Shown here piece after piece: positions 9,523 through 19,790 of a DNA stretch of 64,000 nt. The translations under genes were made by a program, and so were the position numbers. How positions within the stretch are numbered: position 1 is the stretch's first letter; the number at the start of each line of letters is the position of its first letter. The notes under the pieces were generated by a model. That model was not told the DNA's origin and did not search any database. It saw nothing but the letters and a program-made list of their open reading frames with translations. Source of the DNA: Candidatus Hermodarchaeota archaeon (GTDB lineage Archaea > Asgardarchaeota > Lokiarchaeia > Sigyniarchaeales > SOKP01); the NCBI GenBank assembly GCA_048885925.1, contig JBHLLG010000008.1:17815-81814 (forward strand), given 5' to 3'.

Positions 9523-12060
9523 TTGAAAAAAATCATTAGATATTTTCTTTTAATTACATATCTTTTCTGCTCTATTGGACTTTTTTTTATATTAAATACA
9601 TTAATTTTTGATTTTAAGTTAGCAACGCTTCTAATTGATTGGACATTTTTAATATCTCTTCTTTTATATTGTTTAACTATTGAAGAATTTTATCATTGGG
9701 TTAAAAATGGCAAAAGAAGTGAAATGAGTGATATTGTGGCTATAACATTTTTCTTTTTTCTTATATTTTTCTTTTCAAAAGATTTTTTAACATCAATAAT
9801 GGGTTCTTTTTCAATATATTTATGGATAGGGATTTTTGAACTGAAAGATTATCCCGTTTTGAATAAAATTTTAATCATCTCTTTAATAACTTATAACGTT
9901 ATTTTTATAGCAGGACTTTTTTCATTTTACCTTGAAGATCCATTTTTTATAAACACAAGTTTTGCTTTTTCTTTTTGGATAATTCTTCTTCTTGGATTCA
10001 TGCTATTCGGGAGAAAGTATATTATTATTTGGCGATTTATGAGTCCTGAATATTTAACCTTATTTTTATATATTATTGCTTGGTTAGCTGTGGTCTTCAT
10101 TAACCAATATACTCCTTTTACTTTTATTGTAGATAAAAATTTTGGCTCTCCGGGATATTCAATTCTCGATTTTTTTATGAATATTTACTTTATCTTAATA
10201 ATTGTCAATTGGATAACATATTTTTTATCAGGTTTTATTTTGGATAAATTACTGGGAATTAAGAGAGTTAAAGATGAAAATTTATTAAATATCACATATA
10301 AAATAAAAAGTGATATTGGAATCAAAAGTAAAGTGAAATTAGGTTTTGGAAAATATCCAATCTTAAATGCTATGGCTTATGGTTCTTTTTTTGATAAAAG
10401 AATTGCCGTAATAGCTGAAGATATAGATACTATTCCTGAAGATGAGTTAAAAGGGATTATTGCTCATGAATTGGCACATACCAAAGGAAGACACACGCTT
10501 ATTTTAACTTTAATCACCTCTGCTGATCTTTTTATAAGAATGCTCTTTGGAATTCCTGCTACTTTTTATGATTATACCTTTGGAAATCCTCGGATTCCAA
10601 TGATAAGTTTTATACTTTTAAATATCATAATTTACATCTTTCTTTTTATATTTGTTAGAGTTTTAGAAGGAAGAGCGGATTTAATAGTAAAGAAAGTAGG
10701 ATATGCTAACGAACTGGCCAAAGCACTCTATAACTTAGAAAGCTTTTATGCATCCGGACGCGAAATTGGATTAAATACTATGCTTTTATGTGATGAAAAA
10801 ATAACAAAAGACAATCAATTATTAGATTATATAAGCACAGCTTTTTATTTAAATCATTCAATGATAAAACCATCTAAAGCATCACTTTTAGCCAATTTAA
10901 TTAATTCACACCCTCCCAGTTATTATAGAATTGCTGCAATTTTAGGTAATGAATTGAAACCTAGTAAAGAAGCTATCCTTCCTTTTATTTGTTTAAAGAA
11001 ATCTAAACAAAAAAAATATGCAGGAAAATTTAAAGATGCACGAGAAAAATTCAAAATTATTGCAAATCAAAAATTTAAAGAATTATTTAATGTAAATGAT
11101 ATTTCTTTTTTAATGAATCAATTGAAAAGAAAAGATTTATATCAATTTGACATTCAAAAAACTTTTTTATTTAAAAATTTAATTACAAATGAAGTTATTA
11201 ATGGTAAGTTGAAGGATGTTCAATTTATTGACGATATCACAGATCCTGATCAACTCATTGTTATAAATTTAAAAAATTCTCATATACATTATTTAAATTC
11301 ATCTTTATATTCACGTGTTCAATATGACCTTAATGAACAATACTTTTTGAATAAAAAAATTCCATTAATTTTGAAAGAAATTTATTTGGATGACAATAAT
11401 AAAAAGGGATATTATTATTTCAAAGATAAAAATAATAATGATATTAAAAAACCTATTATTAAAACAAAATTACCAAATTCTCTTTCGGTTATTAAAAATT
11501 TCAAAGAACATGAAATATTTTTTAAAATTAAAGGAAATCTAAAAATTTTAACATGTAAAAAAATAATTCCAGCCAATAATTTAAAAGATTTTAAATTGGA
11601 GCTTGTTGATAATGAAAAAGATGATGAAAGAATAATAATATATTCTCTTAACGAGCTAATAATTCGACCGAAAAAAATTTATGTGGCAATAAGTAAAAGT
11701 GATATTTTTCGAGAATCTGAAATAAATGTAATAAATTGGCTTTCTAAGAGATACCTAAAATCATTTATTTATCTCAAAAAACCTGTAAATAATTTAGAAA
11801 TTGGATATATTCAGGGTATAGATTTCATTTCACAGGAATTTAAGAAAAAATCTATCAACCAAATGAATATAAATGAGTATTTCATAAGTGTGCACAATAT
11901 TTTTGGTAGGAAAATAAGAATTCCTTACAATAAGTTAGAATTAATAAGTTTTGAATACTATGGTGCGATGATTCAACTAAAAGCATCGACTAGCTTTTCA
12001 AGTCGCTTAGGATATAAGATATTAAAAAGGTCAAAACCAGATAGAGTAATTATAACTTGA
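9523..12060 (+). CDS. M48 (HtpX/Ste24-like) membrane zinc metalloprotease with large N- and C-terminal extensions
   Basis: LNAMAYG, DELKGIIAHELAH, EGRAD, SHPP..YRI motifs; multi-TM N-terminus. Confidence 0.85.
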   Translation: MKKIIRYFLLITYLFCSIGLFFILNTLIFDFKLATLLIDWTFLISLLLYCLTIEEFYHWVKNGKRSEMSDIVAITFFFFLIFFFSKDFLTSIMGSFSIYLWIGIFELKDYPVLNKILIISLITYNVIFIAGLFSFYLEDPFFINTSFAFSFWIILLLGFMLFGRKYIIIWRFMSPEYLTLFLYIIAWLAVVFINQYTPFTFIVDKNFGSPGYSILDFFMNIYFILIIVNWITYFLSGFILDKLLGIKRVKDENLLNITYKIKSDIGIKSKVKLGFGKYPILNAMAYGSFFDKRIAVIAEDIDTIPEDELKGIIAHELAHTKGRHTLILTLITSADLFIRMLFGIPATFYDYTFGNPRIPMISFILLNIIIYIFLFIFVRVLEGRADLIVKKVGYANELAKALYNLESFYASGREIGLNTMLLCDEKITKDNQLLDYISTAFYLNHSMIKPSKASLLANLINSHPPSYYRIAAILGNELKPSKEAILPFICLKKSKQKKYAGKFKDAREKFKIIANQKFKELFNVNDISFLMNQLKRKDLYQFDIQKTFLFKNLITNEVINGKLKDVQFIDDITDPDQLIVINLKNSHIHYLNSSLYSRVQYDLNEQYFLNKKIPLILKEIYLDDNNKKGYYYFKDKNNNDIKKPIIKTKLPNSLSVIKNFKEHEIFFKIKGNLKILTCKKIIPANNLKDFKLELVDNEKDDERIIIYSLNELIIRPKKIYVAISKSDIFRESEINVINWLSKRYLKSFIYLKKPVNNLEIGYIQGIDFISQEFKKKSINQMNINEYFISVHNIFGRKIRIPYNKLELISFEYYGAMIQLKASTSFSSRLGYKILKRSKPDRVIIT

Positions 12061-13031
12061 AAAAATTTAATAAAAATGTCTTTTTCAATAAATTTATTAT
12101 GCCTAGCAAAATTAAAAGTATTTTTCATCTTTTAAGAATTCGGCAATATTATAAAAATGTCATGATTTTTGCTGGAATATTTTTTAGTCAAAGATTATTT
12201 GAAATATCACTTTATTATAATTTAATAATTGGTTTTATCTTACTATGTTGTGCTTCTTCAATTAATTATATAATAAATGATATACGAGATATTGAAAAAG
12301 ATAAAAACCATCCAGAAAAAATCAGAAAGAGACCTCTTGCTTCTGGTGAACTTTCGGTTTTTTTTGCAATTATAATTTTACTAATTTTAACGTTTGTAAT
12401 TATATTTTGCTTGATTTTTATAATTCCAAATATTGTATTAATCTTTATGATCTGTTTTGTAATCCTTACCGGTCAGCTTTATAATCACCTTTTTAAAAAT
12501 TATGCTTTTATAGATATTTTAGTTTTATCAACAGGATATTTATGGAGAGCATTAGCTGGATGTGCTATAATTAATGAATACGTTTCCGCTTGGCTCCTCT
12601 TAGCAATTTTTGAGATTGCTTTATTTTTAAGTATTGCTAAAAGAAAGGGAGATTTAAATTTGCTAGGAATAGAAAAAGCAATTGAGCATAAGAAAGTTTA
12701 TGACCAATACTCTATTAGAATATTAGATCAATTTCATGTATTAATAGCAAGTTCTCTTTTTGTAACCTATTCAATTTATTTGATTCTTAAATTTAATCTC
12801 GATATACCAGGAAGTGATAATTTACATAAATATATCGTTATTTTTACGATACCAATTTTACTCTATATCATCATGAGATTTATGTATCTAACTTCATCTA
12901 AACCTGAGATTGCTCGCCATGCAGAAAAAGCTTTTTTTGATAAAGGGTTGATGATTGCCATCCTTTTTTTATTAGCAATTCTATTTTCTACCTTTTATTT
13001 TGAAGAAATTGTCGAAATCCTAAATTTGTAG
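12057..13031 (+). CDS. UbiA family prenyltransferase, decaprenyl-phosphate phosphoribosyltransferase-like
   Basis: LLRIRQYYKN, YIINDIRDIEKDKNHPEK..RPLASG, LSIAKRKGD motifs; 4-nt overlap with the upstream gene. Confidence 0.85.
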   Translation: MKKFNKNVFFNKFIMPSKIKSIFHLLRIRQYYKNVMIFAGIFFSQRLFEISLYYNLIIGFILLCCASSINYIINDIRDIEKDKNHPEKIRKRPLASGELSVFFAIIILLILTFVIIFCLIFIIPNIVLIFMICFVILTGQLYNHLFKNYAFIDILVLSTGYLWRALAGCAIINEYVSAWLLLAIFEIALFLSIAKRKGDLNLLGIEKAIEHKKVYDQYSIRILDQFHVLIASSLFVTYSIYLILKFNLDIPGSDNLHKYIVIFTIPILLYIIMRFMYLTSSKPEIARHAEKAFFDKGLMIAILFLLAILFSTFYFEEIVEILNL

Positions 13032-13256
13032 CTTATTTTTCCCATTTTTCTCCCATTTCACTCTGTTTTATTAAATTTTAATTGAAATTTTAATAAAGAT
13101 TTTTAATTAGAATCTTTATAAAAATGACAGATTTAATTACTTAATAAATCTACTTCGAGAAAAAATATAAACCATAGAAAATTTGAAAATTTAGCACGCT
13201 TGAAAAGATCTTTATTAATGTACTTTAATTTCAAAAAATATTAAAAAAAAAAAGAT

Positions 13257-13271
13257 AAAACTTATAAGTTT
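13257..13271 (+). promoter_or_regulatory. putative BRE/TATA promoter of dppA
   Basis: AAAA-CTTATAAG-TTT ~70 nt upstream of the start; near-identical ACTTATAAGTTT upstream of the ribosomal protein operon. Confidence 0.45.
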
Positions 13272-13341
13272 ATGAATTTAAAACATAACTTAACTAAAAA
13301 ATCTAATAAAAATAAAATTAAATTTTATATGTGATAATGAT

Positions 13342-15057
13342 ATGGAAAGAAAAACTTTAGCGATAGGAATAATTGTAATTGTCGCAATTGCAGGAGGCGC
13401 TATTGGTGCTGTAGTATATTTCATGACAGCTGCACCAGGCGCAGGTGAAATAACTGTTTCTGCTGGTCAGATGTATCTTCCCTTTACCATTGATCCACAG
13501 GATGGTTGGGACAGCGCTTCTAATAATGTCATGATTAATATTGTAGAAGGGTTGTTTATGTATGATTATTCTGATCCCGCTTTACCAAAAATACCTATGC
13601 TTGCTGCAGGTTTTGGTACTTGGGATGTAACTAATACAGAATATACCGTTAATCTCAAAACGGGCGTTAAATTCCATGATGGTGCTGATTTTGACGCAGA
13701 TGCCGTTGTATTTACTTTTGATAGAATGGAATGGTTGTATAACTTTACTGGGCTTAATACAGGATACGTCCCAGACGTATATGAGTTATATGAATTCCCA
13801 GATTATACTCCAATCATAGATGATGTTGTTAAAGTCGATGCCGACACCGTAAGATTTGAATTGAGTGCCCCTTTTGCCCCATTCGAGGATTTATTATGTT
13901 ATGTTGCTTCATCAATATTATCACCCGACTATTATAATATAACAGGTGGTATTGTTGAACTTGATGGTGATATCGTTGGAACTGGTCCTTTTGTATACGA
14001 TTCCTACGAGGAGGATGTTGAAGTCGTTATGCATGCTTTTGCCAATTATCATAGGGGCAAGGCCCAAATTGATAACTTAATCTATGTGGGAATTATTACA
14101 GCAACCGCTAGAAATGCAGCTTTATTATCCGGTGATATTCAATACTTATATTCTCCTATGGATGAGATGTGGGAGATCTTCAATTTAACTGCTGGCATTA
14201 CTCTATGGGCAGAAAGAAGATCCTCAGGTGTTCAATACTTAGCAATGAATAATGTGCAGATAGATAGAGATTGGAGAGAAGTAATTTCTTATGCTTTTGA
14301 TTATGACTATCTTATTGATGAAATAAGATATGGTCATGCCTCCAGATTGGATTCTCCTATTGGATACGGTATCAAGTACTACAATGGCACGCATCCAAAA
14401 GCTGTTTATAACCTTACCCATGCAAGATTAAAAATGCAATCAATGGGTTATGGAGGAGGCTTTAATGTAAGCGAAGATGATCAGTGGCTCCTACAAGCAG
14501 CCACTTCTCCATTTAGATCCCTTAACTACTCTTATAATATCGGTAATGAAATTCGAGAAGCGGTGTTCACGATGTTAATTGACAATCTCGCAAAGGTTGG
14601 AATTAGAGTAACGGATGCTGGGAGCACTTGGAGTATTGTACTCCAAAAAATCTATGAGTTAGGAGGTTATACCAGGAATCATTTGCAGCTATTATTTGTT
14701 GGGTGGGGTGCTGATTATAACGATCCCATGAACTTTATTAATCCATTGTTCACCAATAGATCCGTAGCTTCTAACGGTTGTCAATATAACGGGTATACAG
14801 AAGCAACAGCTGCGGGTAGAGACCCACTTCTCCTCAACGATAACGTCCAGCTTTTAATGGAAACGGCTTTATCAACACCTGACGGACCTGTAAGAGAAGC
14901 AATGTATGATAGAATGCAAGAGCTTTTACTTGAGGATATGCCCTGGTGTTTTGCTTATTCCGGTCAAGGACCAGCCTGGGCTCACGACTCTAACTTAATG
15001 GACATCCCATATAATGTTATGGGCAATTTGTATTTCTATCCTGTACATTATGCGTAA
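13342..15057 (+). CDS. dppA: peptide/nickel ABC transporter substrate-binding protein (SBP family 5)
   Basis: IVEGLF, LKTGVKFHDG..FDADAVVFTFDR, VGTGPF, GWGADYNDP motifs; N-terminal TM anchor. Confidence 0.92.
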   Translation: MERKTLAIGIIVIVAIAGGAIGAVVYFMTAAPGAGEITVSAGQMYLPFTIDPQDGWDSASNNVMINIVEGLFMYDYSDPALPKIPMLAAGFGTWDVTNTEYTVNLKTGVKFHDGADFDADAVVFTFDRMEWLYNFTGLNTGYVPDVYELYEFPDYTPIIDDVVKVDADTVRFELSAPFAPFEDLLCYVASSILSPDYYNITGGIVELDGDIVGTGPFVYDSYEEDVEVVMHAFANYHRGKAQIDNLIYVGIITATARNAALLSGDIQYLYSPMDEMWEIFNLTAGITLWAERRSSGVQYLAMNNVQIDRDWREVISYAFDYDYLIDEIRYGHASRLDSPIGYGIKYYNGTHPKAVYNLTHARLKMQSMGYGGGFNVSEDDQWLLQAATSPFRSLNYSYNIGNEIREAVFTMLIDNLAKVGIRVTDAGSTWSIVLQKIYELGGYTRNHLQLLFVGWGADYNDPMNFINPLFTNRSVASNGCQYNGYTEATAAGRDPLLLNDNVQLLMETALSTPDGPVREAMYDRMQELLLEDMPWCFAYSGQGPAWAHDSNLMDIPYNVMGNLYFYPVHYA

Positions 15058-15090
15058 ATAACATCATTGAAAAAATAAATTATTAAATCC

Positions 15091-15106
15091 TATTTTTTTC
15101 TTTTTT
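15091..15106 (+). terminator. putative oligo-T archaeal terminator after dppA
   Basis: tatttttttctttttt ~35 nt after the stop; weak evidence in an AT-rich background. Confidence 0.35.
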
Positions 15107-15828
15107 AATATTTTTCATGTTTTTCTTAAGGAAATTATGAACTTTCTCAATCTGTAAAATTATTATCGTGCAAATAGTAAAATGCATAAGTAAAATTCTA
15201 TTTTGATCTATTTACAACAATAGTTTTTAAGATTTAATTGGTATGTGTTTTAATGAAAATTATACGAATTAAATTATGAAGAATCGATGTCATGACTTTT
15301 TTAAAGATTAATTAATTAAAATTATACTTTTGGATAACAGAAATGATTTTTCTATATTTTATTTGAAAAAATCCAGAAATAGCTAAATCTTGATCTTATG
15401 CATAACAAACCATTTCAATACTCAAAATTCAAAATAGAGAGATATTAAATAGAATAAATTCTTAGAAAAAATTTATTCGGAATAAAAGTTGAAGGTTAAA
15501 ATCGGTATTCTATATTTAAAAAAGTTTTAAAAAAATTAAGATTTAATATGGAATTATATTAAAAAATTAGAACATCAAATAAGATAATCTCAATAAAAAA
15601 GTAAAGAATAATCTCATAAAACCTCTATTATGCTGTAAAATTTAAAGTCACACAGTTAATATTTTTATATATATTTAAAAGACTGTTTATATGGATGAGT
15701 TCAATGTCCCGTTAATTTAACAATATTATTATTCAATAGAATACTTTATAAAGGATCACTCTAGATATTGTTATTAATTGTCTCCCAAAAACTTTTAAAT
15801 TACAAGAAATTGGTTTATATAGGGTATT

Positions 15829-16281
15829 ATGAAACTTAAAATTGAATTAAGTAGGCAAGGTAATCTAATTTTAGCAATATTATTGATTCATTTTGTATTT
15901 TTTGGATATATATGTAATATCTTTGAAAAAGCAGCCGGGGAAAGATTGTTATATTTGCATAAAATTTTATTCGATCCAGATGCATTTTTAGCACCATTAT
16001 TTCTTTTTGCTATAGTATTTTTTATGGTCTTTCGAGAAAAATTCTTCGAATATGGAATTAGAAATAGTATTTGGCTTACTCCCATTGTTATTGGACAATC
16101 ATGGGTATGGATGTGGTTTATCGTTGGATTTGATATTACTCTAATTGGTGAATTTTTTACCCATCTTGACGGTTATATTACGATTTTTACGATCTTAGGT
16201 TTAAACCTGTTATCTGGGATTTTGGGAGCAATAACTAGACAAAAGTACGAAGAATACCTTCAAGAAATTAAAAAAATCTAA
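15829..16281 (+). CDS. hypothetical 4-TM membrane protein heading the dppBCDF unit
   Basis: 150 aa hydrophobic ORF, 25 nt from dppB. Confidence 0.7.
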   Translation: MKLKIELSRQGNLILAILLIHFVFFGYICNIFEKAAGERLLYLHKILFDPDAFLAPLFLFAIVFFMVFREKFFEYGIRNSIWLTPIVIGQSWVWMWFIVGFDITLIGEFFTHLDGYITIFTILGLNLLSGILGAITRQKYEEYLQEIKKI

Positions 16282-16306
16282 AATTACATTGGAGAGAAGA
16301 TAAATT

Positions 16307-17320
16307 ATGAGTATGATTAAATACATCATCAGAAGGACCCTGCAATTATTACCTGTATTGTTTGGTGCAATTACATTAACTTTTATTCTTTCAAGATTGT
16401 TGCCAGGAGATCCCGTTTTAGCTCATCTTGGTAGGGTTTTTACACAAGAACAGTATGATTATCAGTTGAGATTACTGGGTCTTGATAGACCAATTTTGGA
16501 GCAATATTTTCTTTACTTGGGGCGGTTATTTACTGGTGATTGGGGAGTATCCAGTCAATATAGAGGTATCCCAGTATGGGATATTGTTACAGAACGGTTT
16601 TTTAGAACTTTTGATATCGCGTTATTCTCAGTTATCATCGCATCTATCTTAGGGATTAAGACGGGTGTAATTTCAGCAACCCACCGAAATAAGGCTAAAG
16701 ATACCTTCTTACGGGGATTTGCTCTGGTTGGAGTTTCTATTCCCGTATTTTGGATGGGAATGTTGTTTCAATACCTTCTCACTTGGCAAATCAAGCTGTT
16801 TCCAGCAATTGGCTACAAGACTTCAGGTATAGGAGATCCTCCCAGTATTACTAATTTCAGAATAATTGATTGTCTCTTATCAGGAAATATCCATATGCTT
16901 ATAGATTATATCGAGCATTTAATTTTACCAGTATTATGTTTAACAATTATAACACTGGCATCTATCACGAGACAAACCCGGTCGAGTATGCTCGAAGTCT
17001 TGGAACAGGATTATGTAAGAACTGCTAGGGCAAAAGGATGTAAGGAAAAGGATGTAATCAATACACATGCACGAAAAAATGCGCTCATACCAACAATGAC
17101 GATTATAGGATTAAACTTTGGAGGTTTATTAGGGGGTGCTGTTCTTACGGAATCTACTTTTAATTTGCATGGAATGGGGGAGTTGTTAATCATTGCCATT
17201 ACGAATGTCGATTATTGGATATTAAATGGAATTGTATTTATAACAACGCTTGTTTTTATCATTATAAATTTAGGGATTGATGTCCTGTATGGAATTATTG
17301 ACCCACGAATAAGGTATTAA
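16307..17320 (+). CDS. dppB: peptide ABC transporter permease
   Basis: YIIRR, LPGDP, TRSSMLEVLEQDYVRTARAKG, IDPRIRY. Confidence 0.95.
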   Translation: MSMIKYIIRRTLQLLPVLFGAITLTFILSRLLPGDPVLAHLGRVFTQEQYDYQLRLLGLDRPILEQYFLYLGRLFTGDWGVSSQYRGIPVWDIVTERFFRTFDIALFSVIIASILGIKTGVISATHRNKAKDTFLRGFALVGVSIPVFWMGMLFQYLLTWQIKLFPAIGYKTSGIGDPPSITNFRIIDCLLSGNIHMLIDYIEHLILPVLCLTIITLASITRQTRSSMLEVLEQDYVRTARAKGCKEKDVINTHARKNALIPTMTIIGLNFGGLLGGAVLTESTFNLHGMGELLIIAITNVDYWILNGIVFITTLVFIIINLGIDVLYGIIDPRIRY

Positions 17321-17361
17321 TTAATAATTAAAATAGATAAAATGAGATATGTGAAAAAGTT

Positions 17362-18375
17362 ATGAAACAAACAAAAGAACAAGAATATAAAGTAGAATTA
17401 GAACTAGAAGAAAGAAAAGAACAAGGTATTATAATTAGTACTCTCTCATGGATTATCCATAATCTGAAATTTCTTTTTATACCGGGTTATAGGCTAGAAG
17501 AATTATCTATTCGGGAATTTGAATATGAAAAAACGATAAGTAAAAGAAAGTTTATACGACGATTAAAATCTCCATTAACCATATTAGGAATTTTAATTGT
17601 TTTTACGATCTCAACTTTTGCCGTGTTCCCGGAATGGCTTTCTCAATATACATTTGAACAAGCTAATGGTGTATTTTATGGTGCATGGCAGCCTGCCTCC
17701 TCAGGACACCCCCTCGGTACCACGGATTTTGGACGCGACATTTTAGCACGGCTCATTTATGGGGCAAGAGCTTCTTTGACAATTGCTTTACCGTCTATTG
17801 CTTTTAGTGTGGTTATTGGTGTTATCTTTGGAGTTATTTCCGGATATTACGGAGGATGGGTCGATTCATTAATAATGAGAATTATGGATATCTTCCTTGC
17901 GTTTCCGGGTTTGATCCTTGCTCTTGTATTTGTCGCAATTTGGGGCCCAAGGATGGAATATATAATGCTAGCTTTTGGAATTCTTGGTGTGCCCTATTAT
18001 TCACGATTAATTCGAGGAGTTGTATTGCAAGCGCGAGAATTACCTTATATTGAAGCCGCAAGAACATCGGGATCAGGAAATTGGAGAATAATGTTTAGAC
18101 ATATCCTTCCAAATACTATACAACCTATTATTATTTCTCTTACATTTAATATTGGTGGGATCATTTTGAGTTTAGCGGGTCTTGCCTTCTTGGGTTATAG
18201 TGATATCAGATTAATTGAATGGGGAAATGATATAAATGATGCACGGCTCCATTTATATGATGCTCCCTGGGCAGCGCTCTGGCCTGGTTTTATGATCCTA
18301 ATTGCTGTACTTGGTTTCATGTTAGTTGGTGATGGATTAAGGGATGCGTTAGATCCGAGATTGAAAAATTTATAA
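17362..18375 (+). CDS. dppC: peptide ABC transporter permease
   Basis: HPLGTTDFGRDILARLIYGAR, YIEAAR..G, GDGLRDALDPR. Confidence 0.95.
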   Translation: MKQTKEQEYKVELELEERKEQGIIISTLSWIIHNLKFLFIPGYRLEELSIREFEYEKTISKRKFIRRLKSPLTILGILIVFTISTFAVFPEWLSQYTFEQANGVFYGAWQPASSGHPLGTTDFGRDILARLIYGARASLTIALPSIAFSVVIGVIFGVISGYYGGWVDSLIMRIMDIFLAFPGLILALVFVAIWGPRMEYIMLAFGILGVPYYSRLIRGVVLQARELPYIEAARTSGSGNWRIMFRHILPNTIQPIIISLTFNIGGIILSLAGLAFLGYSDIRLIEWGNDINDARLHLYDAPWAALWPGFMILIAVLGFMLVGDGLRDALDPRLKNL

Positions 18376-18440
18376 AAATATTTTTTTTTAACTATATTTT
18401 TTAACTATATATAATTATTACTATTAGTGGAAAGAAGAAA

Positions 18441-19721
18441 ATGAATCTCGCTGAAAAAGAGAAAGTTATGAATCAAAACAATTCAAATAACCAAACGGAC
18501 GCAAGCAAAATGAGTTCTTCAGGAATACTGCTTGAGATTAAAAACCTAAAAACAAATTTTTTTACAGAAGAAGGCGTAGTTAAAGCAGTAGATGGAATTT
18601 CATTTAATTTGTATGAAGATGAAGTTCTTGGTCTTGTTGGTGAAACTGGATGTGGAAAATCTGTTACTGCTTTATCTATTTTACGTCTAGTAAGAGCACC
18701 AGGAAAAATTGTTGATGGAATTATTAAATTTAATGGTATCAATTTGTTGGATTTATCTAAAGAACAAATGAGAGAATATCGTGGTAACAATATTACGATG
18801 ATTTTTCAAGATCCTTTGAATTCTCTTAATCCTGTTCTTCAAGTTGGAAGACAAGTGTCAGAAGTCTTCTTATTGCACCAAAAAGACAGGCTTACACAGA
18901 TTAGAGAAGAACGCCTTTTGGAAAGAGAAAAAATGATTGAAGAATTAAAACAATTAGAGTTAGATTTTAAAGAGAAAAAGGCAAGTCTTACAGAAGAAGA
19001 AAAGGAAAATTTTCAACAAAATCTAAAAGAACGTAAAGAAAAAATACCAGGGAAACCAACTTTAAAAAGAATAGCTTTAGAATTGTCCGAGGATATCATT
19101 AAGGAAGTAGGAATTGCCGATGCTAAAGGCATCTTAAAGAGGTATCCACATGAACTAAGTGGTGGTATGAGACAACGTGTGATGATTTCAATGGCACTCT
19201 CTTGCAATCCCCAACTTTTAATTTGTGATGAGCCAACAACGGCTTTAGATGTAACTATCCAAGCTCAAATTCTTGATCTAATAAAAGTTTTAAAGCGGAA
19301 GTTTAGAACATCTGTTCTCATGATTACACATGATTTAGGAATTATTGCTGAATTGTGTGATAGAGTAGCTGTTATGTATAGTGGAAATATTGTAGAATAT
19401 GCAACAGCAGAAGAACTATTTAAAAAACCTCGTCACCCCTATACTATTGGACTTATTGGGGCAATTCCTAGTATTGAAAAGAAAAATCAAGAATTACAAA
19501 CAATCCGGGGAATGGTACCAAATTTAATTTATCCTCCATCTGGTTGTAGATTTCACCCGAGATGTGATGAACGTTTGGAAATTTGTGATAAGGTGAAACC
19601 TAGATTTATAGAAATTGAAAATAAATATTTTATAGCATGTCATTTATTTGATAAAAAGTATAAAGATTCTCCAAAATATCAATGGAAAAAATCTGAGAAA
19701 GAAACTACGCTTTTTGTATAA
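18441..19721 (+). CDS. dppD: peptide ABC transporter ATP-binding protein
   Basis: GETGCGKS, YPHELSGGMRQR, DEPTTALDV, C-terminal GCRFHPRC. Confidence 0.95.
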   Translation: MNLAEKEKVMNQNNSNNQTDASKMSSSGILLEIKNLKTNFFTEEGVVKAVDGISFNLYEDEVLGLVGETGCGKSVTALSILRLVRAPGKIVDGIIKFNGINLLDLSKEQMREYRGNNITMIFQDPLNSLNPVLQVGRQVSEVFLLHQKDRLTQIREERLLEREKMIEELKQLELDFKEKKASLTEEEKENFQQNLKERKEKIPGKPTLKRIALELSEDIIKEVGIADAKGILKRYPHELSGGMRQRVMISMALSCNPQLLICDEPTTALDVTIQAQILDLIKVLKRKFRTSVLMITHDLGIIAELCDRVAVMYSGNIVEYATAEELFKKPRHPYTIGLIGAIPSIEKKNQELQTIRGMVPNLIYPPSGCRFHPRCDERLEICDKVKPRFIEIENKYFIACHLFDKKYKDSPKYQWKKSEKETTLFV

Positions 19722-19790
19722 AATTGGAAAATATATTTATTTAATAAAAAGAAAAATCAAGTAGAAATAAAAAATATAGGTATAAAAAAC

